Assembly: GCF_026571515.1 (NCBI RefSeq)
Contig: NW_026860290.1
Location: 124,001-188,000, forward strand
From: Ruditapes philippinarum
Taxonomy: Eukaryota
Reading direction: 5' to 3'
DNA: 64,000 bases
The translations under genes were made by a program, and so were the position numbers. This document shows, in pieces, positions 52,401-64,000 of this stretch; the stretch's first letter is position 1; each line of letters begins with the position of its first letter. The notes under the pieces are model-generated. The model was not told the DNA's origin. It did not search any database and saw only the letters and a list, made by a program, of their open reading frames with translations.

Positions 52401-52414
52401 AGGTTGTAACTCAT
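24127..52414 (-). CDS. SVEP1/Uninflatable-like type-I membrane protein (~1,490 aa): SP-HYR-CCP-CCP-HYR-CCP-CCP-linker-GCC x2-pentraxin/LamG-EGF x2-TSP1-CCP-linker-GCC-TM-NPxY tail; one apparent frameshift
   Basis: GT-AG exons: 52182-52414 (signal peptide, HYR), 51802-51920, 51202-51387, 50333-50527, 49399-49497, 48418-48567, 47780-47980, 47044-47262, 45471-45628 (enters gap), 44677-44959, 44070-44231, 43292-43453, 42718-42922, 41792-41976, 40634-40804 (FIGSFSQLNIW), 39861-40094 (2 EGF), 39121-39297 (VDGGW..CSVTCG), 38345-38563, 36711-36969 (+1 nt), 35580-35759, 34510-34665, 33367-33484 (TM), 31385-31477, 30348-30437, 29989-30066, 24127-24262 (stop). All junctions that could be checked are phase-compatible. 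Confidence 0.85.
25287..28787 (+). mobile_element. Decayed non-LTR retrotransposon, CR1/L2 group (Crack-like), APE endonuclease plus RT
   Basis: EN motifs HVNVRSL, ISESWL, IYRPP, LGDFN, TIDLI, NDH. RT motifs NYRPVS, QSGFR, DLQKAFDTV, GVPKGSILGPLLFLIYVND, YADD. Broken by stops and frameshifts (fragments 25903-26433, 26456-26713, 26929-27783, 27892-28260). 3' end aataa(atct)4. Empty site in left arm at ~3363. Confidence 0.95.
31560..32830. repeat. 38-bp tandem repeat array with degenerate flanks, in the intron after the TM exon
   Basis: catattgtatcagaaac starts at 32423, 32461, 32499 and 32537 (period 38). Confidence 0.9.
33367..33484 (-). CDS. Transmembrane exon of the receptor
   Basis: VEKPEEDTTINLILYIIIIVVGTFFIILAVVGIVYRLKKR: hydrophobic stretch followed by a basic stop-transfer cluster. 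Phase 1 in and phase 2 out match its neighbours. Confidence 0.88.
33620..33860. repeat. ~23-bp minisatellite
   Basis: About 10 copies of a unit like gtacatcataaaaggttcatggt. Confidence 0.85.
35803..35985. mobile_element. MITE with ~33-bp TIRs and TA flanks (Tc1/mariner-type signature)
   Basis: ta|cggaagcatcctggtgccaaattaacatgttcta ... tagaacatgttaaatggcacaaggacgcttcgg|ta. Confidence 0.7.
45289..45470. other. Assembly gap (182 N) next to a (TAAA)n tract; hides the 3' end of a receptor exon
   Basis: Run of N. The reading frame CKPKCSV enters the gap. Confidence 0.99.
46500..46960. repeat. Degenerate pyrimidine-rich tandem repeat
   Basis: Recurring tttcccctcaccattcacctcaaa-like units. Confidence 0.6.
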
Positions 52415-53004
52415 CTTCTATCAGCTTAAAAACAATATGAATTTATCATTTATTTTGTGTGTTTTATCTAGACATTCAATAAACAGAGATAATTTCCAAT
52501 TTACGCTTCAATACATTATTAACATACAAATGTATTATGTAGGAACATTACATGTCGATGACAATGAGATTTTTATAAACACCACTTTATGACATTTTTT
52601 ACATGTTTAAGTAATTGCAAGACCAAGCTTGTTTTTTTTTAATCTTCATGTAATGTAAGCACACTTGGCTATTCAAATTGTCTTCTTATTCTTGATCTTT
52701 TAATAGTAATTTAATAACTCAGATATTTCTTAAATACCCATCATTCTTTAGATTGTAGTCCAATATTCCTATATGACAAGCAAGATTTCTTTTTTTTTTA
52801 TTAAAAATTGATCCTATTCAAACTTTTAAAAAGTACGTAAAACTTGAGTTTATGCCAGGTTATGATACAAAAGTCTCATTTTTTCTTTTAAGGCTAGATT
52901 GGGAAAAAACATGACTTGTGCCGATGAACACTCGCTGAACGGTAGACTTAATCGGAACACCTTGGCTATAATCGAAAGTTTTGACAGAAAGGGTCAAGAC
53001 TTGT

Positions 53005-53288
53005 ATTTAAGTTTATTTATACTCGCCACCGGTTACCCATATGGGCGAAACTTCCAGAAGAGTTTTAGTCATTTTAGATTTTGGAGGATAGTGCAAGACA
53101 CAGATACAGAAAGATGCCCCATTTCCAGAAGCTTCTCCTGGTTCTTTAGTGTGCCGAGTGTTTAAGCACTCATACACGGGACCTCGATCCGAAAGACTGA
53201 TTAGTAAATTTAGTTTGCTAGCCCTAGAATCGAACCCATAATGTCGAGATTATAAGTCACGCGCTTTAACCGATTGGGCTATTCGGGC
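53005..53288 (-). mobile_element. tRNA-derived SINE (Meta-SINE-like core)
   Basis: Minus strand gcccgaatagcccaatcggttaaagcg...gggttcgattc (A and B boxes), then cgaggtcccgtgt...ggcacactaaagaacc core and an A-rich end. Confidence 0.7.
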
Positions 53289-53922
53289 TCAGGCCAAGAC
53301 GATGCGATGTCGGTAGACTAAATATCGCATTTAAGCCCCGACTTCTATTATTAACAAATTAAGACTCGGGCCACCCTTAACGACCGTTCCGCCTACATTT
53401 AAAAAACAAGTTATAAAACCATATCAAAAGCATGTATATCACTCAGTCTTATCAAATTTCAAAACAAAATAAAATATATTTCTATTTTCTTTTTTTTCGT
53501 TTTGCAAAAATATGTGTTATTTTTAAGCAAATGGTTAACCACATCATATTTTCTTTTCAATATTTCTTTGCTAAAGAACAGGTAATATTTATGGTATTTT
53601 GCGAGACTGTATTGCATTACACATTGAAACTTAATACTTTGCTGGAAACCCAGTTCATGTAATAGCGAAAATACCCTAAAATAGTACAAGAAATGTATAG
53701 CCACTTCTTTAATACAGTTACTTTAATCGATATTTTATCAGGGGAGTTAACAACAAAACGTTGGCCTTTATTTTACAAAGTTTTGTGGATTTCGGTTCTT
53801 AACAGAAATACTGCCTACCTTACTTGTCTAAATACAATATTTATCCATATCATTCATAACACTATTAAAGCATGTTCAATCAAACAATAACTTAAATACA
53901 TTTTCTGACAAAATCTGCCTAC

Positions 53923-54024
53923 CTTGAAAACGTCCAGTACAGGGGTGGAGGTGGATGCGATGCTGTATACCTAAATCCAAGGGCTAAATCCGGTAAAATA
54001 TATCACATAAAATTGACTTTTATA
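53923..54024 (-). promoter_or_regulatory. Candidate TATA box and non-coding first exon of the receptor gene
   Basis: TATAAAA on minus at 54024-54018. Donor AAG|GTAGG at 53923/53922. The ATG exon has an acceptor at 52426-52425. Confidence 0.45.
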
Positions 54025-54603
54025 CACTTTATCTCATAAAATGCTTCGTGTATGATTATTTAAGGCCAACTATACGCCAAGAAATGCTTTGAGTTTTATT
54101 CCAAAAGATACTCGTTGGCCTATTATTGAACTGTTGTTGGTAATTAGTATTGTACATTGATTTCAATTAGTATTTTGTACGGAAGTCAAAATACTATTAA
54201 TTGTTTACATTTTGCTACTTTTATGACAAATAATTTCCCTTTCAGTGCTATTTTCTTCCGAAAATAAGCATCAAAAATGATCTTAAAAGTTAATATATTA
54301 TTCAGCCTCATGTTTTTCCCTTTAGAAGAAGAAAAATAATGACTTTCTGAGGCATTTTGTACCTTTCAAATAATGAGAGAATAATGGCGATCACGGTGGT
54401 TTTTGTTTAGAAATTTATGTTATCAAATAGTATATCTATTTTTATATTATTCGGAACCATTTGGAACACTCTTAAACACTTAGATGGCGAATATTTTTGT
54501 GTATCTTTGGGCGTTTAGAAATCATTATTATTCACAGTAGCAAAATTTGTTTCATAACATGGAAGCGCTTCAGAGACTCCTTTTTATGAACGCATTGCAA
54601 GTA

Positions 54604-55760
54604 CACGGTGCATATCCATATCGGTACCCTCTTTGCGAAATCTGCTGAAACGACACCCTCTTTGTACATGCACAGGCCACTCTCTGCTCAAAACAAACCA
54701 GCGATGAATAACAAGCCAGTAAAAATTCATTGTAATAAGGAAAGGAGGTATGACACGTGGAAAAGATGTATACCACGGAACACTAGAATGTTTTATCTAT
54801 GTGCTGATTTGTCATGTGCCCGTTTTTTATGTACTGCAACTTCACAATAAGCTACAAAAAATCGACATGTCTTACCTCGCCCATCACCTCGACATACTTT
54901 TCGGGCTGAAATGAACATGTGGCTTGATTATATATGCATCATACATATTTAATATGTTCATATACATATCATCTTGTGACAAATGGCAGTACATTGTCCA
55001 AAATAAATGTAAAATTCATAAAACACCCTACTTTCGATTTTTGCAGCGGCACGGGCTACCTCTCTTCATTTGAATTTTTATATCACAGGTACCCTCTCAT
55101 TTTAAAACACACATAGGTACACTCAATGCACGACATATGCTTTTATTTGCGTTAATCGTTAAGTATGTTATATTTACATAAAAGTAAGAAATATTACATA
55201 CTTAACGATTAACGGAAATAAAAGCATATGTCGTGCCTTGAGGGTACCTATGTGTGTTTAAATATGAGAGGGTACCTGTGATATAAAAATTCAAATGAAG
55301 AGAGGTAGCCCGTGCCGCTGCAAAACCGAAAGTAGGGTGTTTGTATGAATTTTACATTTATTTTTGACAATGTACTGCCATTTGTCCGAAGATGATATGT
55401 AAATGAACATATTGAATATGTATGATGCATATATAATCAAGCCACATGTTCATTTCAGCCCAAAAAATATGTCGAGGTGATGGGCGAAGCAAGACATGTC
55501 GATTTTTTGTAGCTTATAGTGAATTTGTAGTACATGAAAAACGGGCACATGACAAATCAGCACATAGATAAAACATGCTAGTGTTCCGTGGTATACATCT
55601 TTTCTACGTGTCATACCTTCTTTCCTTATTATATTGAAATTTTACTGTATGGTTATCCATCGCAGGTTTGTTTTTAGCAGAGAGTGGCCTGTGCATGTGC
55701 AAAGAGGGTACAGTTTCAGCAGATTTCGCAAAGAGGGTACCGATATGGATATGCACCGTG
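54604..55760. mobile_element. Non-autonomous fold-back DNA transposon with Transib/RAG-like ends
   Basis: Arms 54604-55175 and 55189-55760 are reverse complements (>90% by eye) around a 13-nt loop. Termini CACGGTG...CACCGTG. 5-bp direct repeat AAGTA at 54599-54603 and 55761-55765. Confidence 0.85.
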
Positions 55761-58309
55761 AAGTATTCTATTTTAATTTTATCATTGTGCATACAAACAG
55801 ATTTTTCTCTCTTTATTTTGCAATGAAAGATAGATGTGTACATGTACATTTATTTGTAGTCGACTTGTTCTATTTAATATTTGAACACGTGCACTTTCTG
55901 TTTGTGATAATAAAATGATGTATAAATGCAGGTTATCTTATTCTTATGAGTATATAAAATGAAACCCAACCCAGAATCAATCCCATATTCTTTGCCCTTT
56001 CCGTCAACAATTTCGGATACGATAGTAAGAATTCACGGAACGGATACAGTATTTCGGTCTTACACCACTATGCTAAAACGAATTGTAATTTATTACTGAG
56101 AATTGTTGACCTCATTTGTTCCAATACATAAGGTAAAATCCCACTAAATTAATTAAATTTTCAGACAGAAAAGAAAACAACAGTACATTATTAATATACA
56201 TATAATTATGGTTTAGTTTAGGAAACCGGAAGTACAAAGTGTCTGCCTTATAACATTAATTAAGATTGTATATCATTGTGCATTTTTAAATTAATTATGA
56301 TTGTTAGACATATTTTTAACCATATTATTACAGATATCGTCCTTTGGATGTGAAATGTATAAATTCGTTATATATTATCAAATATTACACCCTTTGTTTA
56401 AGTTTACATTTTAAACCAAGTGGCAAAACTTCTTTTAATTGGGTGGTGGTGGTTTTTTTGGTAGCCACAATAAATTTACCAGAGCAAAGTTCAGCCACTG
56501 CATCGTTCCTTGGTAAGCTGTCAAGCCGGTTACCAGTACTAGTTGCCTTCACTTTTGCATGGAACTAATAACTTTTGTACATGATAGAGCAGAGGTTTCA
56601 CAGTCCTATTGGATTAACCGATGGCTTACTTTCAATCCGAGGTTTTTATGAATACTAGTCGAGGAGTTCCGGTTGGAAATACATTTATCAAAAACAGGAT
56701 ATAGTGGTGATTTTATTATTACAATGTATGCATTCGGCATATATCAGCTACTTCAAGAAAACATATCCATTTATACTCATATTTACTTGAAATGTGTACA
56801 TATAATCATAGTCATACGGTTTTTTTGTTTTTGTTTTATTTTTTTTTTTTTTTTTTTTGATATTTTGATTAAATAAAGAACACATGTTTAGTTTTAAACG
56901 CAGGTAAAAATATTATAACTAATCCGACTGAAAAAGGTAAATAAATGGGGCACTTGAACAGAATAAAAAGAAATATGCTCAGTACATGTATTGTCTTTAT
57001 GAGCCCGATTTGAGTTAAAAAGCATTTAAAAGCTATTCATTTTTATGTCATTATACAAAATAAAATAAAATGTTTTGTAAAAAACTGGGTGAGTGAATAA
57101 TCTGAAATTTAGCGCACAAGTTATGTGCTATATAATACATCAAATTGAATAAATAAATATCAAAAAAATAAATTGCAGTCCCGTCAGTGGATTCTCTTTA
57201 AAATGCATAAGATAACAGTAACCACATCCGTGAAGATAACAATTTCTTATGACAATCCATTGATATATTATGTTGCATATCTTGTCATTTTTAAGAGAAT
57301 ACAAAACATAATCTTGTGCAGTATCTTGTAACACAATGCGTGCTATTACAAATTTTGCTGGTTTTATTATGTAAACCTAAACCAAATGTACATGATAGTG
57401 TTTACCTACTTAACATAAACATGCAAAAAAAACGTTGACAAGCAGCAATAGTTTCAAGTTTAACTGTTTTTTATCCAGTAACATCCTGAATACGAGTTTT
57501 TTCTGTTGTTGTAATTGTTGAAGTTTTAAAGCGGCCTTCATGCTTTATTTTCTGTTTGGGTAAACTATTCTGTGTTGTTTCAAACTAAGTGTTTCATTAA
57601 TTTTATCTATTAATTAATTTGGAAAAGTTCATCATATCACTGTTAAGCCCGATAATCCGTCGTCCCTAAAGCTATTTTTAACGCGAAAGAGACGTTCGGA
57701 AAGAAAATCGTCTGCTTTACTTTTTTGAATATAGAGAGTCGATCGGTAGATTAGAGGTATCGATGGGTTTCCTCAGCAATTTTCTTTTTCTACCTTTTGA
57801 TTTAACAATTATATGAAATGATTTTTCTAAAGATAACATAATCAACCTTAAAAAAAGTTTAAGTCTGCTTTAAGTAACACCGACACTGTTACAGAAATAT
57901 ATATGTCGACTTTCCAACATTACTGCTTGCTTGTGACCTTCTTTGTTCGTCATTTCATTATTTCAGGCAAGATTGTTTGTACGAATAAAACCGCCGAACC
58001 TTGCATGAAAGTAGCAGCAGGGAAACGAGCCCACAGTAATGAGGTGTAAGCAAACAAACGTTAAGGCCATGATAACCCAGGTACTATATTAAATTTTGTT
58101 TCATGCTAACCTACAAAATTGACATATTAACGTTTTTCTCCATTATTTTAATATGTCACTCACATCTGCAGACGTTCAAACATTAAGATATACACATGTT
58201 GTTATATTTATTTGTTACCATAACATATAATTTGACAGTTTATAAGTGCTAAAATACTGTTTGAAATACTTCGATAAAATCGTAATTATAATTTATGTTA
58301 ATATTATTG

Positions 58310-59156
58310 GCAAATCATATTCATGGTTATTATTGATAATTATCATTTTGATGACAAACTCATTGTTATTTCTCTCATCATCACCTTAGTTACCATAATT
58401 ATCAATATTTACACATTTATTTAGGCATGATAATAATATGCATTTCTTTCAAATCTGATTTTTATCATTGGAATGGTTATCATTGTCATTGATAAAAATA
58501 ATAATGAGCATTTTTTTTCTATTATTATCATTTCTTTAATTATCAAAAATGATAATACCATCATAATGATTATTATCTTTTTACATATTTATGTATGCTC
58601 CTGTTATCATTATCAGCATAATCATCATTATCATCATTATGTTATTTAATGATGATAATTTTATGTTATTTCTATTATCGTTTCTATAATATATCTCAAC
58701 TATATTTATGTCGATGATGATAATCAAGGTTATCATGCTCATATCATGTTATTTCCATGATGATGATGATGATGATGTTGATTATCATCATTATCATCAT
58801 CAACAGCAACAATAAAACCACAACAACAACAACGACATAAACAACAACAACATCATCATCATCATCATCAACAACAACAGCAACAATTAAACCACAACAA
58901 CAACGACAACATTTACAACTACATCATGATCATCATTTACTATTTCGTTGCAAAATCCAAATACATACCAGTTATCATTTATTTTTTCATTATCTTTATC
59001 CACATTATTATCAATGTTACAGTTTTCATTGTATTTTTCAATAATCTATTTTAATTACAGTACAGTTCATTTTGCGTTGTTGTAATGTTTAAAGCAAATA
59101 AACTGTATTATAATTGGTAGCATTATCGTAACAAACATTTTCATTTATTCACGCAT

Positions 59157-59201
<45 letters not shown>
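58310..59201. repeat. Low-complexity (ATC/ATT/AAC)n region and poly-T
   Basis: Directly visible. Confidence 0.85.
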
Positions 59202-59202
<1 letters not shown>

Positions 59203-59559
59203 TTAATATTGCCAATATGAAGGGATATTATCAAAGATTTAAATATTTACTTTGTTATTTGACATAAGTGAGTGCTTCAATTCCACAAAACTTTTAGTAT
59301 TTTACTGCACATTGTTATTAACATTGCCCATAAGATTAATGATCGATTTATTTAGTTTTGATATCGTTTATTAAATTATTTTTATCGAAAAAAAAGAAGA
59401 ACGGCACAAGAAGGAACAAGCGAGAAAAACATGAATTAATCATAAATTGTTATAATATTATGATAATAATAATATAATAGAATAAAATAAAAATAATGCT
59501 TACATTATACACGATCCGTCCATAACAAAAAAAGTCAGTTGTTAAGAAGTAGATTATTC

Positions 59560-59723
59560 AAATCCGCTCTGGCGTATATCTACTTCCGCCTTCCCGCGCG
59601 TATTCACCGATAAAAATATACAGCCATTATGAAGTTTGGGTTACATTGAATAAATTTTAAAACCTTAATGCGGTAGTCTTTTTCATTTGGAAGGCTTGTA
59701 AATTTTAATCACCGTCTTATTTG
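59560..59723 (+). promoter_or_regulatory. Candidate promoter and non-coding first exon of the plus-strand TSP1-EGF-Sushi gene
   Basis: Local CpG cluster acttccgccttcccgcgcg (ETS-like and E2F-like words, 59582-59600). Strong donor TTG|GTAAGT at 59723/59724. Next acceptor at 62433-62434 lies upstream of the ATG. Confidence 0.45.
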
Positions 59724-60119
59724 GTAAGTCATGTTTTTTTCTTTTGATATGTTTGAATTAAATTACCCTTCTTTATCTTAATTCTTATCTTTTTGTTGTT
59801 CATATAATTTTCATGTTTCAAAACTTAAGTAGTTGTTTTTCATTATTTTTTTTATTTCAAATTCAGTCACATCTCAGTTGTTGCTGTAATGTCTCAACCA
59901 ACGAAAATAAAATAATCAAATATTCAGGAACACATTTGTTTAACTCCAACAACACACATGTTACTTGTATCTGGCGTTATTCTATATTGTTACATAAAAA
60001 CTAAGGCAAATATTGTTATACATGAAGAAATAGCTGTAACGCGATGGCTGATAAGCAAGTATGTTACAATTTACAATATTACAAGAAAAGTGTGTGAATT
60101 TGGCAAAGAAGTCGACATT

Positions 60120-61550
60120 AGACATTCTGTACTACTTTCGTTTTCTCAATGTCGAGCTGAAATGTTGTGTTAGCAAATAGTTTAAACTTATAAGGAATGT
60201 TGAGCTGAGATGTGTCGACGGAACGACATTCAGCACAACACCCAACATAACATAAGAAAATAAATTAATATGAAGCTGACACAACATCTGGCACAACATT
60301 TGGGAAAAAATGCTTAATGTAAAGAGTGTGGAACTGACTTTTGAAGCTTGTACGAAAGTTAACACAACATGTAGAACGTTATTCATAACTTAATGAATGT
60401 CGACCTGAGATGTGAAGCTGAAAACTGCAATACATTCACGGTCTACCTCTAGCACAAAGTTCAAATTGTATCAAGATAATGTCATTACTGCAAATATGAT
60501 GCCAAATTTATTGATAACAAAACAGCTTGCAATTCTAAACTTGCCGTTGATTACATGGAACTCTACCCTATGTTATCACTCATGATATCTTTTTACAAAT
60601 TTAATTTTTATGTTTCCTGCATATCTGACTGGTTTTTGTAATACGGAATCTTGTTTTCGCCATCGACTTTCTTACTTAAGATTTATACAAAACTGGAAAT
60701 TATGCACGTGTTTTTAGTTACAAAAAATCGCAAAACTTGACTTTTTTCACACGATAATTTTCAGAATAATTTCGAGTTTTCGATCCAAATTTTGTATCGA
60801 AAAGAAAATAGATATTGAAAATGCGGGAGATAATATATTTACTTGAAATGTTTTAGTATTCTTTTGACACTTGTTATGCACACTTCAATTTAACGACACA
60901 CAGTGAAGTCGGTAGAAATTAGTAATACCATATGGTAGATATTAGTAATAACATACGGTAGAGGTTAGTAACAACATACGGTAGAGCTATAAACAACATA
61001 CGGTAGAGATTAGTTATAACATACAGTATATATTAATAACAACATACGGTAGAAATTAGTAATAACATACTGTAAAGATTAGTTATAACATAGGTAGAGA
61101 TAAGTAATAACATAGGTTGATATTAGTAATAACATAGGTAAGAATATTTATAACATACGGTATGGATAAGTAATAACATACGGTAGAGATAAGTACATGT
61201 AATAACATACGATAAAGATTAGTAATAACATACGGGAGAGATTAGTTATAACATACGATAATTCTTTATACGAGTGTATTTTGAAACAGTTGAGCCGGAT
61301 TTTATGCTGAATGTCGTCAAGCTTTGCATGTTGGCTCGACATTCAATTTAACATATTTTGCTGGATGTTGTGCCAGTTCGACACATAGTAAACAGTTTCT
61401 ATGTTGTGTTAAATTTTGAGCAAAATATCGTGCAAACTTTACCTCTCAGCTCAACGTTCATTGAAGTTTGAATGTTGTGCTGATCTGGTTTGCTTACACA
61501 ACATTTCATCTCGACAAGTCACATAGAGAAATCGAAAGTCATGCCGAATG
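60120..61550. mobile_element. Old inverted-repeat element with an internal 23-bp tandem array (60910-61260)
   Basis: tgtcgagctgaaatgttgtgttagcaaa (60150) matches the reverse complement of 61489-61516. Internal unit cggtagagattagtaataacata. Confidence 0.6.
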
Positions 61551-62453
61551 CTTTTGACGAATTCCGTACAAAATTAAGATATTTAAATTGCAAAAATAGG
61601 CTTTTAATGACCACTGATAAAAAAACAGACGAAAGCCTTGTGCCGTCTGTTTCTTTTCTCTGAGAATGCTTAACATTAATAGGCGAGTTTCTGTTTATAT
61701 ATGCACTTTTCTTACTCGAGCAAATAACTCAGTAAAGCAATCTTATCCGGTTCATTTCATAAATAAGTTGACGCCCCTGACATGATTCAAACCAACGTGA
61801 TTTAGCCAGCCATTCAATGAAAATAAAAGATAATTTTCGTTGCATGTAGAGATATACTTAGCTCTGGTTTTTTATGAGATGATGACCATTTTTGCGGCTA
61901 CATGATGAAGTTAACAATTGTATAGTAAAAGTGTGGTTTATGATAGATAAAAGAGAAGTTTATTTCACGTAGCTGTACAAAATAGCATTTGTACTGTCCC
62001 GGGGTATCATTCATAGTTTTAATGGGGAAAGTTACCTTAATGTAAGGTGTCTGACTTAAACTAGGGATCGTGGGTTCGAGACCTATTCAGGTCAGGAACG
62101 TATTTACCAATATGCCACCAGTACTGGTTAGTTTCGAAACTGTTTCATATAACATGCAAGAACGTTTTTTCACAATCAAGCTGAAATAGATACATGTATG
62201 TTTAAACTAAGTGTCTTTTTGTATCATAAATAGGTACTAAATCAGAAAAAAATATTATATTTTTATGTACGCTTTTACAAAACATTGATATAAAATGTGT
62301 CAGTTAGGCTGTGTTCCTATAAACATTAGAATTCAAAATACGTCTTTTCATTCCTTTTAATTTTTCGTTCATATTTGACCGTCAATTTTATAGCCATATT
62401 TATCTTTATAAATATTCATGTGTCTTTTTTTCAGGTTCAATCAAACGTTTCCA

Positions 62454-64000
62454 ATGTTTGGCTATATAGCACTGACCTTGACCTCGCTGCCCCTTTTATT
62501 GTTTTATGGAAGGAGCACAGAGGCGGTTCTTGCAGACACATGGACTTACTGCGAATGCTACTGGGCAGACTGGGAAGCCTGGAGTGAGTGCAACAATGAT
62601 TGTTTTGGACAGAGGTAACAATATACTTAAAAATTATAAATTATGAAATAAGTTTATATTTACACATGAAATCATAATAATGTTTTTAAACACATGTCAG
62701 ACATCATTTCTTTGATATTCTAACATATATTTAAATTGGTATACAAATTAAAAATTTCACTTACAAATACAATATAATTACACTAATAAAAATAAAACGT
62801 TACACTTATACGACTTAAAAGTCACACTAATACAAAACATAGTTACGCTTATACAAATAAAAATTTACACTCATACAAACGATAAATGATAAAGTACCAA
62901 TTAGCAAAATACAAACAAATTACAATCATACGTAACAGAACATGTTGAACCATTACTATTGTCTCAAATAGTAAAAGTATTTTAGTTGAGAAGAATAATG
63001 GTTTTGAAATACCTGTATTGTAGAGTTCAATGTTGAATAAACTGTGTTTGACTTCCAAACATCTAATACGAATAATTACGAAAAATAAAAGGTTGTATAG
63101 AAATGACAATAAATAATAAATAAATAATTTGAAAACACCAACAAAAACCTTTTATTAACAAAGGGTTCGTACTCGTTCCGTCTGGCTGACAGAGAATCCC
63201 GGATGTGATGAGTTCACAGATTGTGCGTCAAATGACGAAGGTTCTAACTGGCAGGACTGTAACAATGTTTGCTATAATGGAGGTGTGGCCTCAGGATCCC
63301 TCTGGTCACCGTGCACGTGTCAGGCCGGATACACGAGCAAATGTTGTACTGATAGTAAGGAATTTGTCTTATTATTTGTTTTCATTATGCTTTTCACATT
63401 CCATAACATAACATAACATACATTACATGTATAATATAATACTGTAAATATTCTCTAAGAACAAATATATTATTTTATGTTATATATTTCGTTATAGACC
63501 AGTTAATTGATGAGTTAATTTAAGGCACATTTAACCTGAAAATGCTATAATTATTTTTTTTCCCAAAAGCTTAATTGTTGGTGTACTGATATAGTTTCAA
63601 GACAAGTATAATCATCTGCCAGAAACCTGGGGCATAGTTTGCTTCTTAAACGTTTTGGCAATAAATTCAGTTACAGTTTTTTAGTACTTAAAATGACAAG
63701 CTTTTTAACAAATGGACCGAGGTTTACTTTCCTTGCCATACATAAATAGCTCATTTGCATTAAGTGCATCTTTCTTAAGTGTCGCAAATACATGTAGGAG
63801 ACATATACGGAGAAAAAAGCAAAAATATTTGACTTTCAGGGAACAAACTGATGTGAATATATATGTTGTATAATTATCTAAAACAATATTGATAAAAAAA
63901 CATGATGGTTTATTGTTTTACAGTTGTGAACTGTGGTACCCCTAGTTCTATATCTGACGGGTCGTTATCTGTGACGTCAACAAACTATGGCGGCAGAGCG
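62454..64000 (+). CDS. 5' part of a secreted or membrane protein: signal peptide-TSP1-EGF-Sushi (continues beyond window)
   Basis: Exons 62454-62614 (MFGYIALTLTSLPLLLF...CYWADWEAWSECNNDCFGQR), 63164-63354 (VRTRSV...CNNVCYNGG...CTCQAGYTSKCC) and 63924-64000 (VNCGTPSSISDG...). GT-AG, with phases 2 and 1 compatible. Confidence 0.85.

Noticed and set aside
24127-52414. Assigning the symbol SVEP1 or uif
   Set aside because: No vWA, no long C-terminal Sushi array, and no CUB or lectin domains; shared modules do not establish orthology.
53200-53288. tRNA genes here and at ~2550, ~9390, ~14150, ~47395, ~62040
   Set aside because: A/B-box remnants without a full cloverleaf, most followed by SINE-like bodies.
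54570-55918. Mirror-image ORF pairs (MHHTY..., HIHIGTLFAKSAET...)
   Set aside because: Consequence of the palindrome; short, with no transposase motifs.

Overview
AT-rich metazoan genomic DNA with GT-AG introns. The SINE and LINE types suggest a bivalve mollusc (inference). All exons and alignments were worked out by eye. (1) An inverted segmental duplication: left arm from beyond the window start to ~10,090, right arm ~19,270-31,650+. It copied the 3' end of a type-I membrane receptor gene and exons 7-9 of an SDR gene. (2) An intact 9-exon HSD17B14-type SDR gene on the minus strand (14804->8006, 254 aa), with an inverted pseudogenic exon 7-9 copy at 19735-21449. (3) A 26-coding-exon, ~1,490-aa SVEP1/Uninflatable-like receptor on the minus strand (52414->24127): signal peptide, HYR, Sushi, GCC2/GCC3, pentraxin-like, EGF, TSP1, TM, and a tail with YxNPxY. 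It has one apparent +1 frameshift and one exon running into an N-gap. The tail exons of its inverted paralog lie at 172-4664 (+). Both paralogs keep a tiny stop-containing candidate exon exactly at the junction that builds the NPxY motif. (4) A decayed CR1/L2-group LINE in the right arm only and a solo LTR in the left arm only. (5) A 1,157-bp near-perfect fold-back element with CACGGTG ends and a 5-bp TSD (Transib/RAG-like signature) between two divergent genes. (6) The 5' part of a signal peptide-TSP1-EGF-Sushi gene on the plus strand (62454->end). Many SINEs, MITEs and minisatellites are also present.
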